Notes: a model not told the origin generated them from the letters alone. A stretch of 64,000 nt of DNA from Collinsella sp. (GCA_018382125.1 JAGZQO010000005.1:11195-75194); one strand, 5' to 3'. Shown: positions 32,201 to 43,063, counted from the stretch's first letter. Program-made: numbers and translations.

Positions 32201-33601
32201 TTAGGCCTGCTCGGAAGCCTTGGGCTCATCCTTGTACAGGACAAACGAGATGGCAAAGGACACGACCGCGGCGACCGCAAACATGATCGCGTACTGCACG
32301 GGCTGTGCCAGGCACAGCAGGATACCGAAGATGCCGGTAACGCCGGTGCCGGAAGCGGCAAGCGAGGTGAGAGCGCAGACCAGGGCACCGCAACCGCCGC
32401 CGATGCAGCCGGCGATGAAAGGCTTAAAGAAGCGCAGGTTCACACCAAAGATGGCCGGCTCGGTAATGCCCATGAAGGCGGACAGAGCGGAAGGAAGCGC
32501 CAGGCCCTTGATCTTGGCATCGCGGGTCTTAAAGGCAACGGCAAGTGCGGCGCCACCCTAGGCGATATTGGCAGCGCTGGCGATGGGCAGCCAATAGGTC
32601 ACGCCGTACTGGGCGAGCTGGCCCAGGTCGATGGCGGTGTACATCTGGTGGATACCGGTAACGACCGTGGGGGCATAGAACAGGCCGACGATAAAGGAAC
32701 CGATGCCGAAGGGCAGGGTCAGCAGGGTCTGGATCAGACCGAGGATGGCGTTCTCGGCCCAGACAAAGATGGGGCCGACGGCAACAAGAGTCACGAGCAC
32801 GGTCACGAACACCGAGACAAGCGGAGTCACAAAGAGATCGAACATCTCGGGAACGATCTTGTGCAGGCGCTTCTCGAGGAAGGCGAGAATGGCACAGGCG
32901 ATGACGATGGGGATCACATGACCCTGATAGCCGACCCACTCAAAGCTGTACACGCCGGGGATGACGTTGACCATGGTCTGCACGCCCTCGGAGGCAACCG
33001 TATAGGCGCTCTGCAGCGAGGAGTTGATGAATGCACCACCGACGACGGCGCCCAGGTACGGGTTGGCGCCAAAGGCCTTAGCCGCGGAGTAACCGATCAG
33101 GATCTGCAGAATGCCAAAGGACGTGCCCGAGACCAGGTCGGCAATCTTATAAATAAAGTTATTGGTGTCGAGCGCGATAAAGCCGTTGGAGGCCATAAAG
33201 TTGAGGGCGCTCATAATGCCCAGCAGCAGGCCCGAAGCCACGATGGCGGGGATGATGGGGACAAAGACGTCGCCGAGCACCTTAATGGCACGCATAAAGA
33301 TGTTCTGCTGCTGCGCCGCTGCCTCCTTGACCTCGGCCTTGGTGGCAGCCTCGACGCCGCTGAGCGCAATGAACTCGTCGTAGACCTTGTTGACGGTGCC
33401 AGTGCCAAAAATAATCTGGAGCTGGCCCTGGGCCTCAAAGACGCCCTTGGCGCCGTCGATATTCTCGAGGGCCTCCTTGTCGACCTTGGCGTTATCGGCA
33501 ATCACAAGGCGCAGACGCGTGGCGCAGTGTGCGGCCGAAACAACGTTGCCGGCGCCACCGATGTTGTCGAGCACCTCTTGGGCTGATTTGCGGTAGTCCA
33601 T
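32201..33601 (-). pseudogene. scrA: Sucrose-type PTS EIIBC interrupted by in-frame TAG at 32558-32560
   Basis: HCATRLR (EIIB) and GITEPAIFGVNL (EIIC); the two track ORFs are in the same frame and read ASAANIA*GGAALAVAFK across the stop (CAG->TAG likely). Confidence 0.88.
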
Positions 33602-33657
33602 GACTTCCCTTTCCTCCAACGGGCGCATCTGCACCCGGCCATCTTTGACACTTACAC

Positions 33658-33697
33658 TGTAATCGTTTTCAGTCTCATATGTCTGTAATCGTTTTCA
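33658..33697. promoter_or_regulatory. Two identical LacI-family operators upstream of scrA
   Basis: TGTAATCGTTTTCA at 33658-33671 and 33684-33697. Confidence 0.8.
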
Positions 33698-33785
33698 CAG
33701 TAGGGTGAACGGTAGAAATAAGCCGGCGAATGGTAGTTTTAGGACAAAAAACAGGGGCTCAAAGGCAGGCAGACGCGTCCAAGGC

Positions 33786-34766
33786 CTAGACATTCATGAG
33801 CTGATGCCCAAGTTTGAGCGTCTTGAGACCGCTCTCCCCCTCCTCGCCATCGAGTGCGTCGAGCAGCATATTGGTCGCCTCGACGCCGCTGGTCAGGTAG
33901 CCGTAATGCACGGTGGGAATGCCGCCCGTCAGCGCGCTCAAAAATGCGTTGTCGCCAAAACCGCTCACGCGGTGCACGCCCTCGCCCATACCGCGCACCT
34001 CGTCAAGCGCGCGCAAGGCGCCCGCCGCCATGGTGTCGGTCGCGCAGGCGATAAACGAAACATCGGGCACTTCGCCCAGCAGCTCGCGCGACGCACGATA
34101 GCCGGAATCGAGGGTAAAGGACCCGCGGCGAATCAGCTCGGGATCGAGCGCAACACCCGCGGCGCGTAAGCCCGCTTCAAAACCACGACGACGGTCGTAA
34201 CCGGCGGCACGGTCTTCCTCGGTAACACCGATATAGGCAATCTTGCCCTCAACATGCTTCGCGAGCGCCTGGCCCAGCTCAAAGGCGGCCTCGTAATCGT
34301 CATGGTAGACGCAAGCCGCGCCCTCGACGTTTTGACCGATCAGCACAATGGGCACACGGCAAGACGCAATGGCCGCACGATGTTCGTCGGTGATCATGGT
34401 CGCCACGAGCACGATGCCATCGACCGGGTGGTTCTGGAACAGGTCGAGATACTCGAGCTCACGCTCGGCCACGTTATCAGTATTCGCGAGCAGCATCTGG
34501 TAGCCACGGCGACCGAGCACCTGGCCAATACCGGCGGTAATGCGGCTCACGGATTCCGAGTTAATCTTAGGCACGATGACGCCGATGAGCTTGGTGGAAC
34601 CGGTGCGCAGCGCGCGAGCCTGACTAGATCGCACGTATCCGGTCAGCTCAATCGCCTGCTTAATGCGCTCGGCCTTGTCCGCCGAGATATATCCACCGTT
34701 GAGGTAGCGCGAGACCGCGGCGCTCGAAACGCCAGCCAACTCGGCCACATCTTTCATCTTTACCAC
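33786..34766 (-). CDS. scrR: LacI-family repressor (ScrR-like)
   Basis: MKDVAELAGVSSAAVSRYLN HTH plus sugar-binding domain; GTG start with AGGGG RBS. Confidence 0.88.
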   Translation of the reverse strand: MVKMKDVAELAGVSSAAVSRYLNGGYISADKAERIKQAIELTGYVRSSQARALRTGSTKLIGVIVPKINSESVSRITAGIGQVLGRRGYQMLLANTDNVAERELEYLDLFQNHPVDGIVLVATMITDEHRAAIASCRVPIVLIGQNVEGAACVYHDDYEAAFELGQALAKHVEGKIAYIGVTEEDRAAGYDRRRGFEAGLRAAGVALDPELIRRGSFTLDSGYRASRELLGEVPDVSFIACATDTMAAGALRALDEVRGMGEGVHRVSGFGDNAFLSALTGGIPTVHYGYLTSGVEATNMLLDALDGEEGESGLKTLKLGHQLMNV

Positions 34767-34781
34767 GAGCACCCCTGTCAT

Positions 34782-34795
34782 TGAAATCGCTTTCA
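34782..34795. promoter_or_regulatory. LacI-family operator upstream of the repressor gene (autoregulation)
   Basis: TGAAATCGCTTTCA, related to the two scrA operators. Confidence 0.7.
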
Positions 34796-34859
34796 CCATG
34801 ATACCCGTGACGGCGCTTCGGATAAATCAATATCACCCAGGTCGAGCAAACGTCAGCGA

Positions 34860-34959
34860 GCGGGCAGCTGCCGTGGCGAGGTGCCGCGAAAGAGGAGCGA
34901 AGCGTACTTCATGTACGCGAGCGACGGTTTGAGCGGCAGATCGCCCGGCAGATGCCCGC
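34860..34959. ncRNA. Long bulged hairpin, candidate structured RNA or dispersed repeat (resembles skipping-rope-type motif)
   Basis: Nested stems gcgggca/tgcccgc, tgccg/cggca, ggcga/tcgcc, tgccgc/gcggca, gcgtac/gtacgc, separated by GA-containing internal loops; family assignment from memory only. Confidence 0.45.
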
Positions 34960-35003
34960 GCAGCGTCGAGCGGTCCGGCGTTCGTTAGAACACCGGAACA
35001 TAG

Positions 35004-35669
35004 TTATCCATGATACTCGCCGTTGTACTGGATGAGCGTCAGGTCTTTCACGCCGTCGAGCGCGCGAATGGCGTCGGCATAGGGCATATCCGCACCGTCA
35101 GAGAACACCTCGACGGCCATCTCGACCTTGTCGCCGCGCATCGTCTTGGATTTGACGGAAAACTTGGTGCGCCCAAACGCGCGCACGATATCGTCGCCGG
35201 TGGTCTGGCCCGTGTAGTGGATGACCATCATGTACACGCGCGACTTGTCCTGGTGGCTCGCAAAGCCGGCGATCATCACCACGATCACCACCGCCGTGAG
35301 CCCCACGAGCGCGTACATGCCGGCGCCGGCCGTAATGCCCGTGGTAATGGCCCAAAACAGATACAGCAGGTCGAGCGGGTCCTTGACCGCCGTACGGTAG
35401 CGGACGATGGACAAAGCGCCCACCATACCGAGCGAGATGACCACGTTCGTCGAGATCGCAAGCGTAACCATGCAGGTAAGCACGCACATACCCACGAGCG
35501 TCACGGCAAAGCTGCGCGAATACACCACGCCGGTAAAAAAGCGCTTGTACACGCAATAGATCAGGATGCCCATGGCGAGCGCAACGAGCAGCGACAGGCC
35601 GATCTTGGCAGGGTCGACCTGACCAAACGCCTCCAAGACGGAGTTCTTAAAAAAGTCCCTGGTGCTCAT
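35004..35669 (-). CDS. DUF4956-family membrane protein (TM domain + C-terminal ACT-like domain)
   Basis: SLGMVGALSIVRYRTAVKDP motif, several TM helices. Confidence 0.88.
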   Translation of the reverse strand: MSTRDFFKNSVLEAFGQVDPAKIGLSLLVALAMGILIYCVYKRFFTGVVYSRSFAVTLVGMCVLTCMVTLAISTNVVISLGMVGALSIVRYRTAVKDPLDLLYLFWAITTGITAGAGMYALVGLTAVVIVVMIAGFASHQDKSRVYMMVIHYTGQTTGDDIVRAFGRTKFSVKSKTMRGDKVEMAVEVFSDGADMPYADAIRALDGVKDLTLIQYNGEYHG

Positions 35670-35672
35670 GGT

Positions 35673-36464
35673 CTAAATATCCCCTCGGTTCTCAAAATCC
35701 GATTCCCAGTAGTTAAAACCGCGCAGGTAGGCGGTCTTTTCGTAACACAGGCAGTACTTGGAGACCGCCGTAAGCTCGGCCGCGTCAGGCGGCACCATAT
35801 CGCGCACCAGCTGCGGGCAAAACTCCGTAAACTTGACCTCCATCACCAGCTTGCCGGGCTCCAAGACCGGCAACGCGGGCAGTGTCGCATCAAAGATGTC
35901 AAAGCTCCCCACCGCGGCACGCACGTTACTATCAAAGGTAATGCGCACGGTGCCCTCGTCCATCACCCACGGCTCGCGCTCGTAGTCCACGATGGTCCGC
36001 GGGCGCATCATGTTGCAGATGCACTCGATGTAGAACTCGCGGCACAGCTGGTGGGGACTTCTCAACAAAAAGTCGTACTCGCCGGCCAGGATGCGCTCAA
36101 ACTCGTCGCGCGTAAGCGGCGCGTCCTCCTTGTAGATCCAGCTGCCGTACTTCTTTTTACGCTCGAGCTTAATCACCTTATCGCTGCCGTTATAGATGCG
36201 CACGCGATACTTATTTCGCATGAGAATGCCGGCATCTTTTTCCTCGTAAGCAGAGTTGCTGTAGTCATCGAAGTACAGGCTGCGAATGGTGTAACCGCCC
36301 GAGCGCGCATGCTTGTCCAGCTTAAACACCGGCGACATGCGGCAGGCAAGCGCAGCGTGCTCACCCTCGTTGATGAGATATTTGAGCTCGTGGCGGTAGC
36401 GCTCCTGCGTGCTGCGCTCGGGCGGAGCCGCCAAGCGCTCAAGCAGTGCGCTAGCCCTCCTCAT
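35673..36464 (-). CDS. VTC/CYTH polyphosphate-polymerase-domain protein
   Basis: RHELKY, IRSLYFD, KYRVRIY, LERK, YEREP, RITFD, MEVKF, SKY motifs. Confidence 0.9.
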   Translation of the reverse strand: MRRASALLERLAAPPERSTQERYRHELKYLINEGEHAALACRMSPVFKLDKHARSGGYTIRSLYFDDYSNSAYEEKDAGILMRNKYRVRIYNGSDKVIKLERKKKYGSWIYKEDAPLTRDEFERILAGEYDFLLRSPHQLCREFYIECICNMMRPRTIVDYEREPWVMDEGTVRITFDSNVRAAVGSFDIFDATLPALPVLEPGKLVMEVKFTEFCPQLVRDMVPPDAAELTAVSKYCLCYEKTAYLRGFNYWESDFENRGDI

Positions 36465-38220
36465 ACGTATCCTCCACGACCTTACCGCCGTCCTGCACGT
36501 AAAAGCACTTCATGCCGTACTGCTTGCCATCGTCGGTCACATAGTAGTCAAACGCATCCTGCGTATAGCCGTCTGAGTTGGTGGCGCGCACGCGTACAAA
36601 ATACTGGCCGGCATCGGGTGCATCGCAGGTCACCTCGGGCAGCAGCACGTCCTCGGCCCTAAAAAGCACGTCGCTTATGACATAGTCGTGCGCCAGCTCC
36701 ACGGTATAGCGAATGTCACGCGCCTTAAAGTCGTAGGACGCATCCCAGTTAATGCGCAGCTTACCGTTATCGATCTGCGGCACGCCAATGTAGAACGGCA
36801 TGGGCTTTTTATAGCTCTCGCGAAAGCTCTTGTAGTTCTCCTCGATCTCGAAGGGAATCGCCGCGGCAATCTGCTCGTATTCGTCCTTGGTGACAGGCAG
36901 ATTGTCGATATCGGGCGAAGCAAAGACCAGCGATTCGGTAACCTCGCGATAATGTTTGATCATCTTGCTCAGGCGCGCCTCGGTCATATACGAGCGCAGG
37001 TCCTTTACGGCGCGGTCGAGCTCGCTGCGGAACGATTTGCTACGCAGTGCACGATTGAATAGCACGTTGCCCCAGTAGTTGCTTACGCCGCGCTCCCAGC
37101 TCGCATAGTCCGAAAACCCCTTCAGGCCCAGCTCAAGCTTACGCAGCATGCCGTCGTTGTCCCAATCCAAAAAGTACCAGGTATTTGAGTTGAGCGGGCT
37201 GTACAGATAGCAGTTGCGGTTCTGCTTATCGCAGTTGCCCGTCAGGATCTGAAACGCCATCCAATAGACCAGGTTCTCAGTATCGAAGTAGGTGTCGAGC
37301 ACATCGTCGATCTTTTGCGTATCGTCGTTGAGCGCATCGAGCATCTCGATTAACTTGGTATGGTCCGAATCGCCCTTAATCTCGAGCATGCCCTCAAACG
37401 CCGTCTGGTTATAGTCGGGGTCATCTGTGAGCTTAATAGTGTCCTCAAAGCGATGGAAATCGAAACTGTTCACCTTATAGAGATGCCCGCTCTTATCCAG
37501 ACCGTGGGCCTTGAGCGCCGTCTTGTTGAGCTGCTCGACCTGCGTAAACAGTCCGTAGTCCTCAAAGGTGTCGTTAGATTTTTCGGTCTGGTCGCACACC
37601 CACAAGTGTACAAACTGCGTGCGCAGGCCCATCATCTGGGGAATGCCGCGGATCAGATCGTAAGCCATCTTGTTACGAAAGCGCATGCCCTCGCCCATGT
37701 GCTTGTTAAGCGCAATCGCATGTTGCTGGCGCCACGTGCCCTTGCCCTTTTTGAGCTCCACCTTGTAGTTCTTTTGCGTATAGGTACTCGACGTCTGACC
37801 GCGCACCTGCACCGTGGCGTTGGGCGCCTTCTCGCCATAGCCCACCTCGCCAGCAACGGGACCCTTATCATCGCCAGGCTGCAGCAGGCCCATAACCTGA
37901 TAGCGCGTCACGCCCATGTCGGCATAGTCATACACCGAGTAGGTATTGATCTCGGCCCAGCTATGATCGGTATTCTCGGAGCTGTTGCCGCGAGAGACCG
38001 TCAGGTACATACATACGATACCCGAGTCGTCGTAGACCTCGTACAGCTCATCCTTGTCGCGAAGATGCTTGGTCTCGCTAGACGCATCGGCCTTTTTAAT
38101 CTTGCCTTGCTTCTTGGTCTTTTTTGTCGAGGATTCGTCCTGCGAAGAGCAGCCCGAAAGCAGCAATGTGCCGGCAGCCGCCTCAATCAAGCGGCGACGC
38201 GATATCATCCTATCGGTCAT
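36451..38220 (-). CDS. CotH-family kinase, predicted Tat-exported lipoprotein with C-terminal Fn3-like domain
   Basis: SRRRLI twin-arginine and LSGC lipobox; VRGQTS, NYKVEL, YGLFTQVEQ, GNCD..N, WDND CotH motifs. Confidence 0.85.
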   Translation of the reverse strand: MTDRMISRRRLIEAAAGTLLLSGCSSQDESSTKKTKKQGKIKKADASSETKHLRDKDELYEVYDDSGIVCMYLTVSRGNSSENTDHSWAEINTYSVYDYADMGVTRYQVMGLLQPGDDKGPVAGEVGYGEKAPNATVQVRGQTSSTYTQKNYKVELKKGKGTWRQQHAIALNKHMGEGMRFRNKMAYDLIRGIPQMMGLRTQFVHLWVCDQTEKSNDTFEDYGLFTQVEQLNKTALKAHGLDKSGHLYKVNSFDFHRFEDTIKLTDDPDYNQTAFEGMLEIKGDSDHTKLIEMLDALNDDTQKIDDVLDTYFDTENLVYWMAFQILTGNCDKQNRNCYLYSPLNSNTWYFLDWDNDGMLRKLELGLKGFSDYASWERGVSNYWGNVLFNRALRSKSFRSELDRAVKDLRSYMTEARLSKMIKHYREVTESLVFASPDIDNLPVTKDEYEQIAAAIPFEIEENYKSFRESYKKPMPFYIGVPQIDNGKLRINWDASYDFKARDIRYTVELAHDYVISDVLFRAEDVLLPEVTCDAPDAGQYFVRVRATNSDGYTQDAFDYYVTDDGKQYGMKCFYVQDGGKVVEDTYEEG

Positions 38221-39755
38221 CAGGACCTCCCCAACGATTGCGATACACGCGAACCACCGTGCGCTCAAACGCACCATGCGGCTCGCCCTCTAGACGCAGT
38301 TCCTCGTAGCGCTGTTCGGCACGGTCAAGCAAGCGGCCCAGCTCCGTAAAGCGCCCCTTCTTGTCGGTCGCCACAATGGGCTGCTGGCTCAGAATACGAT
38401 ACGGCAAGTTGGCGGTATAGGTATCGAGCCGCATTAGGGCCACAACAAAAAATACCGCCGCGCCGAGCAAAAAGCCAAAGCCATAAAACTGCTGCGGAAA
38501 GAACAGCGAGACGACGGTCGCCAGCCCCGCCACGCCCGCGAACAGCCCGGAGGCAAGCACGGCGCCCTTGTAGTCGGTAAAGTACAGCAAGATCAGCAGA
38601 ATCGTATTGCCCACGGCATACAGGCCATAGCCCACGCACAGCGTGCGAAAATACCCGTGCATAAGGTTGTTAAAGCCCAGTGGCAGGGCCGAGAGCACCG
38701 TGGTCTCGAGCGAAATGACCGCCGCGGTCACAAACAGCTGCTTGAGCGCACAAAAGCGCAGTTCGCTGTTGAGCGTGGAGAGCATCTCCTCCTCGGCCAC
38801 CACAATATCGCCTACCACGCCGCCGTCATTGAACAGGCTGTAGTAGTCACGGTAGCGCGGATAGAAGTTGACCTCGACCGAGACCACAAAGTTGACGGTC
38901 GTGACCAGGATCGTCAAAAACGCGATGAGCGCCGGCACATCGTAGTAGGGCGCACCATAAAACAAGCCCTTGACCTGCACGCCAATGGGACCGGCCCAAA
39001 TAATCACCAGGTGCGCAAAGAGTCCCAGATTGGTTAACAGGCCCGTGAGCGCCAGCGGCATAAACTGATCGAGCCACCGCAAAAAGGGCCAGGGGCTGCG
39101 GTCGCTCTGAGGAAAATACCGGTACAGCAGCACCACGTCCCAGGCGAGCATGACGCCGTAGCCCAGAGCAATTGACGCCAACAGGCCCTCGACCGGCGGC
39201 AGTCCCAGCGCCAGCGCGGCCAGGGCGCACAGGCACGCCACGCCAATGGCAGCCGCAAAGCTGCACAGGATGCCGCGGTAGTCCTTGATGGCCGTGAGGT
39301 AACTCATGCCGTTCCAGTTGACGATCATAATGTTGAACAGCCACAGGCACAGCAGCCCCCTGCAGCAGCGTGGCACCCGAGAACAGCAAAAAGACGCCGT
39401 AGAGCACCGTGCCCGCAACGAGCATGACAGCATTGGAGCCCCAAAACGAAGGCAGAATCTCGTCCTCGCGCTCGGCAAAAAGCATGTCGGCCAAAAAGCG
39501 CGTGACCGGCATAGAGAAAAAACTCGTGAGCGTGAGCGACGCCAGCAGCGTATAGGTCACCATGCACACCAGCAGATCTTGGTTGGCACGGCCCACACCC
39601 CACAGACCGCACAGCACCAAGATACCCACCTGGAGCAGCACGCCCAGCAGCATGGGGCCCGTGCACACAATGCCAGCGTAGCCATAGGCGCGCATCGTGG
39701 CAAACAGACCCTTGCGCCTAAACAGGCGCTTGAGCTCAAAACCGATTCCGGCCAC
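38210..39755 (-). pseudogene. pelG: Pel exopolysaccharide transporter PelG, +1 frameshift in G5 run at 39356-39360
   Basis: N-terminus MAGIGFELKRLF in one frame, C-terminal half (YDVPALIAFL, VEVNFYPRY) in another; removing one G restores ...LLQGLLCLWLF... Confidence 0.85.
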
Positions 39756-39758
39756 CGG

Positions 39759-41186
39759 CTACTCCCCCTCTCTGGGCAGGTCAAACGCTTGCGCCGTCTC
39801 GTCGTACAGCGCGCGATAGTTGGCGAGCATCTGCTCGTGCAAGAAGTACGTGGCAACGCGACGCTGGCCGCGCTCCCCCATCTCAATGCGACGAGCGCGG
39901 CTTGTGCACATGCGTTCCATGGCATCGGCCAAGCCCTTGCGATACATAGGCGGCGTCACAAAACCCGCCACGCCAAAATCATCGCCCGGTGCGCCTTCGA
40001 GCAGCTCGCGGCAGCAGCCCACCTCGGTCGTCACGCAGGGACGGCGCGCGGCAAGCGACTCCAGCACGCTGAGCGGCTGGCCCTCGGAGATGCTCGTCAA
40101 AATGGTAAAGTCGAGCTTTTCCATGTACTCGACCACGTTGACGCGGCCGGTAAAGATCAGGTCGCGCACGCCCAGGGTTTCGACCAGCGCGTGGCACTCG
40201 GCGCCGTACTCCTCGTCGTCCACGCCGCCCATGATGTGCAGGCGCACCTTGGGCAGGCGCTCGTGCAGCTCAAAGAAGGCATAAATCATGGTCTTGACAT
40301 CCTTGATGGGCGCCAGGCGCACCACCGCGCCAATGTCCACCCAGCCGTCATCTTGCTTTAAGGGAATATCCTCAAAGCGGTCGAACTGGATGCCGTTGGG
40401 GATGACTAGGCATTTACCCGCATCGCAGCCCATATCGATCTGCGTCTTGCGGGCGTTATGGAACAAACTGGTCACGCGGAAGGCGCGGCGGTAGATCTCC
40501 TCCGAAAGCAGGTAGAAAAAGCGAATCCAGCGGTCCTTAAACGACGGCACCACCCAATCGGCGCGAATGATCTCTTCCTCGCGCTCGCGGGTATAGATGC
40601 CATGCTCGGTCAGCAGCACCGGCGCATGGTGAACGCTTGAGCCCAGGCAGGCGAGCAGGCCACCGTAGCCGGTCGAGATGGCATGGTACACATCGGCCAC
40701 CGGCACCTCGCTGCCCAACAGGTAGAGCACGGGCAGCAACATGGAGCGCATGGTGTGGAATGCATCGGCAAAGGGCGTATAGGGATACTCGGCCAGGCAC
40801 ACGTCGCGAAAGATATCCATAAACGTGCGGCTCTGCAAAAACGAGAGCGGATGCACGCGACGGCGGTGGAAGATATCAAATAACACGTCCCAGTCCGGAT
40901 TGGAGAGCGACACCAGACGGCGTAGCGCCTCGCGCTCACGGTCGTTAAAACTGGCTTCGTGCTGCTCGCCCGAAAGCCGCAGGGCATCGTCTAGGAACAC
41001 CTCGTGCACCTCGACCACGTTGCCGGGCAGCTCGTAGACAAACTTGCCGCGGTCGGCAGCATGCGCGCCGATCACCCACAGCACAAACTCGTGCTCGGGC
41101 ATGGCCTGGATATAGCCATGCATCCAGGTAGATACGCCGCCGTGCACATAGGGGTAGCAACCCTCGAGTACCAAGCAGATTCTCAT
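39759..41186 (-). CDS. pelF: GT4 glycosyltransferase PelF
   Basis: EGCYPYVHGGVSTW, TEHGIYTRER, SISEGQPLSVLE (EX7E). Confidence 0.93.
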   Translation of the reverse strand: MRICLVLEGCYPYVHGGVSTWMHGYIQAMPEHEFVLWVIGAHAADRGKFVYELPGNVVEVHEVFLDDALRLSGEQHEASFNDREREALRRLVSLSNPDWDVLFDIFHRRRVHPLSFLQSRTFMDIFRDVCLAEYPYTPFADAFHTMRSMLLPVLYLLGSEVPVADVYHAISTGYGGLLACLGSSVHHAPVLLTEHGIYTREREEEIIRADWVVPSFKDRWIRFFYLLSEEIYRRAFRVTSLFHNARKTQIDMGCDAGKCLVIPNGIQFDRFEDIPLKQDDGWVDIGAVVRLAPIKDVKTMIYAFFELHERLPKVRLHIMGGVDDEEYGAECHALVETLGVRDLIFTGRVNVVEYMEKLDFTILTSISEGQPLSVLESLAARRPCVTTEVGCCRELLEGAPGDDFGVAGFVTPPMYRKGLADAMERMCTSRARRIEMGERGQRRVATYFLHEQMLANYRALYDETAQAFDLPREGE

Positions 41187-43063
41187 TTATCGCCACCCTC
41201 CTTGCGCTCGATCGTCACGGTCTTATCATTTGCCTTGAGCAGATACAGATTGCCCGTAAGGTGCGTCAGTTCGCCACCCGTGACTGCACCCGGCTCGCCA
41301 TTATTGGCGCGGAACATGAGCCACGCCTCGTCGTGGAAATTGCCCAGACTGAGCGTCCAGGCATCCGCACTGGTATTCACGCTCACCGTCACGGACGAAA
41401 AACGCTGGATGGCACCGGAGCACTCCGAGCCGGTCTGGCGGCGCAGGTCGGGCGCAGACTTGGTAAGCCAGTCCAGGTAGTCGGTCAGGCCGCCCTTGTA
41501 GACTTCCCAGCCCTCCTTGGCGCCGCGATCGGGATCCAGCAGGTCATCGGGATGCATAAAGTGAGTACTCACGTAGTGCATGTTGAGCTCGGACACCGCG
41601 GCCAGACGCATATAGGTGTCATCGACCATGCCGCCCGAGACGATACGCGGCTGCTCCACAATGCCATCGCTCGCCACGCCAAACTCCTGCACGTAGGGCA
41701 GGTCGGTTCCGTCCTCAAAGTACGTGCTTGCAATGGTCTTAATGCGCGGCACATCCTCGCCAATAATCTTGCGGGCGCGGGCCGAAAGGATATTCGACGG
41801 CGGCACGTAGACCGAGCCGTGCGCGTTGGGCAGTACCTCGTCCTGGAAGGCGATAAGCTCGTTGAGCGATGCAACAAGCGTCTCTTTGTTCTTCCATGTC
41901 TTGTAGTCGTACAGCGTGCCATAGTCGGTATCCCAGAGCGCCAGCGGCTGATGGTTGTAGCCGTGAAAGCCCAGCTCTCCGCCCATCTGCAGCAGCATGC
42001 CGCCAAAATAGCGGAACTGCGTGGTATCGGGTTGGCGCGCGGGCTCGGTCTGGTTGACCGCGTCCTCGTAGTTTTCGATCATCACGCCGGTAAAGCGAAC
42101 GCCATATTTTTGCGCGAGCTTTTGCAGATCGGGCCACCAGACCTTGGCATAAAAGTCGGCGACAGAAAGCCCGTAGTCGCGCTTGATGTAGGTGCCGTCG
42201 CCCGAGGGCACGGGGCTGGGAAAGTCGTCCAGGTAGAAAACGGCGCTGTTGATGACCGGATAGGCCGTGACATCGCCCAGCAGGCTGACCGCCGCGGCGT
42301 AAAAGCCGCGCATGACCTTGTCATAGATACCGATATTGCATACCACGGTGCGCCCGTTACCGCAGGCATTCGACCAAATGAGCGGGGCACCCGCATCACC
42401 GGTCTTAGCCCACACACGAGCCGTCTCGCGCAGCGAAACCGAAAGTGACGAATCAAAGGGGTCCGAGAGCTCGTAGCGCTCTCCCCCGCCCAGCATAAAG
42501 TCCTCGCTCGGCACAATGCTTTCGGCTTTTACATAGTCATATCCGGCCGATTCGATCCCAAGCTTGGAAGCAATAGCCTGCAGGCAGTTCGAGTTATCTG
42601 GCGTCATGCCCAGCATGAGTGAGCCGCCCACACTCACCCAACTCATCAGATCGGTCAGATGCGTACCCAGTCCGTCAAGCGAGGGCATAAGCACAATCAC
42701 GCGATCAAACGACGTGAGCGATGGGATCGCGTCCGCACCGTCGGTGGCAATATCAACATCGCGATGGGCGATCTTCATGTCGAGCAGGATCTGGTCGAAC
42801 TGTTCCTTTACGTCCTCGACGCCAGCTTGATCGGAATCGGTAATGACCAGGCACGTGGGCTTTTGGCCAAAGATTGCCGAGGAGGCCGGCACCGCATCGT
42901 TGGCGGCCAGCATCCCCAGCTTATGCTGGCCCGCACTGTACTGCACGCCGGCACGCTCCACCAGCAGCACAGCGGCCATGACAATAAAGACCGCCCACAC
43001 CACGAGGAGTCCCATCCAACGAAAGCGCCCTGCACGGTCGCGGATATGTTGCGCCACGCTCAT
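41183..43063 (-). CDS. DUF2194 / PelA-deacetylase-like polysaccharide deacetylase, N-terminal TM anchor
   Basis: LDDFPSP, HGYNH, YVPPSN, HFMHPDD CE4-type motifs; position between pelE and pelF. Confidence 0.85.
   Translation of the reverse strand: MSVAQHIRDRAGRFRWMGLLVVWAVFIVMAAVLLVERAGVQYSAGQHKLGMLAANDAVPASSAIFGQKPTCLVITDSDQAGVEDVKEQFDQILLDMKIAHRDVDIATDGADAIPSLTSFDRVIVLMPSLDGLGTHLTDLMSWVSVGGSLMLGMTPDNSNCLQAIASKLGIESAGYDYVKAESIVPSEDFMLGGGERYELSDPFDSSLSVSLRETARVWAKTGDAGAPLIWSNACGNGRTVVCNIGIYDKVMRGFYAAAVSLLGDVTAYPVINSAVFYLDDFPSPVPSGDGTYIKRDYGLSVADFYAKVWWPDLQKLAQKYGVRFTGVMIENYEDAVNQTEPARQPDTTQFRYFGGMLLQMGGELGFHGYNHQPLALWDTDYGTLYDYKTWKNKETLVASLNELIAFQDEVLPNAHGSVYVPPSNILSARARKIIGEDVPRIKTIASTYFEDGTDLPYVQEFGVASDGIVEQPRIVSGGMVDDTYMRLAAVSELNMHYVSTHFMHPDDLLDPDRGAKEGWEVYKGGLTDYLDWLTKSAPDLRRQTGSECSGAIQRFSSVTVSVNTSADAWTLSLGNFHDEAWLMFRANNGEPGAVTGGELTHLTGNLYLLKANDKTVTIERKEGGDK

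Noticed and set aside
32558..32560. Pyrrolysine or programmed read-through at the scrA amber codon
   Set aside because: The position corresponds to Gln in the family, one transition from CAG; no pyl genes are in the window
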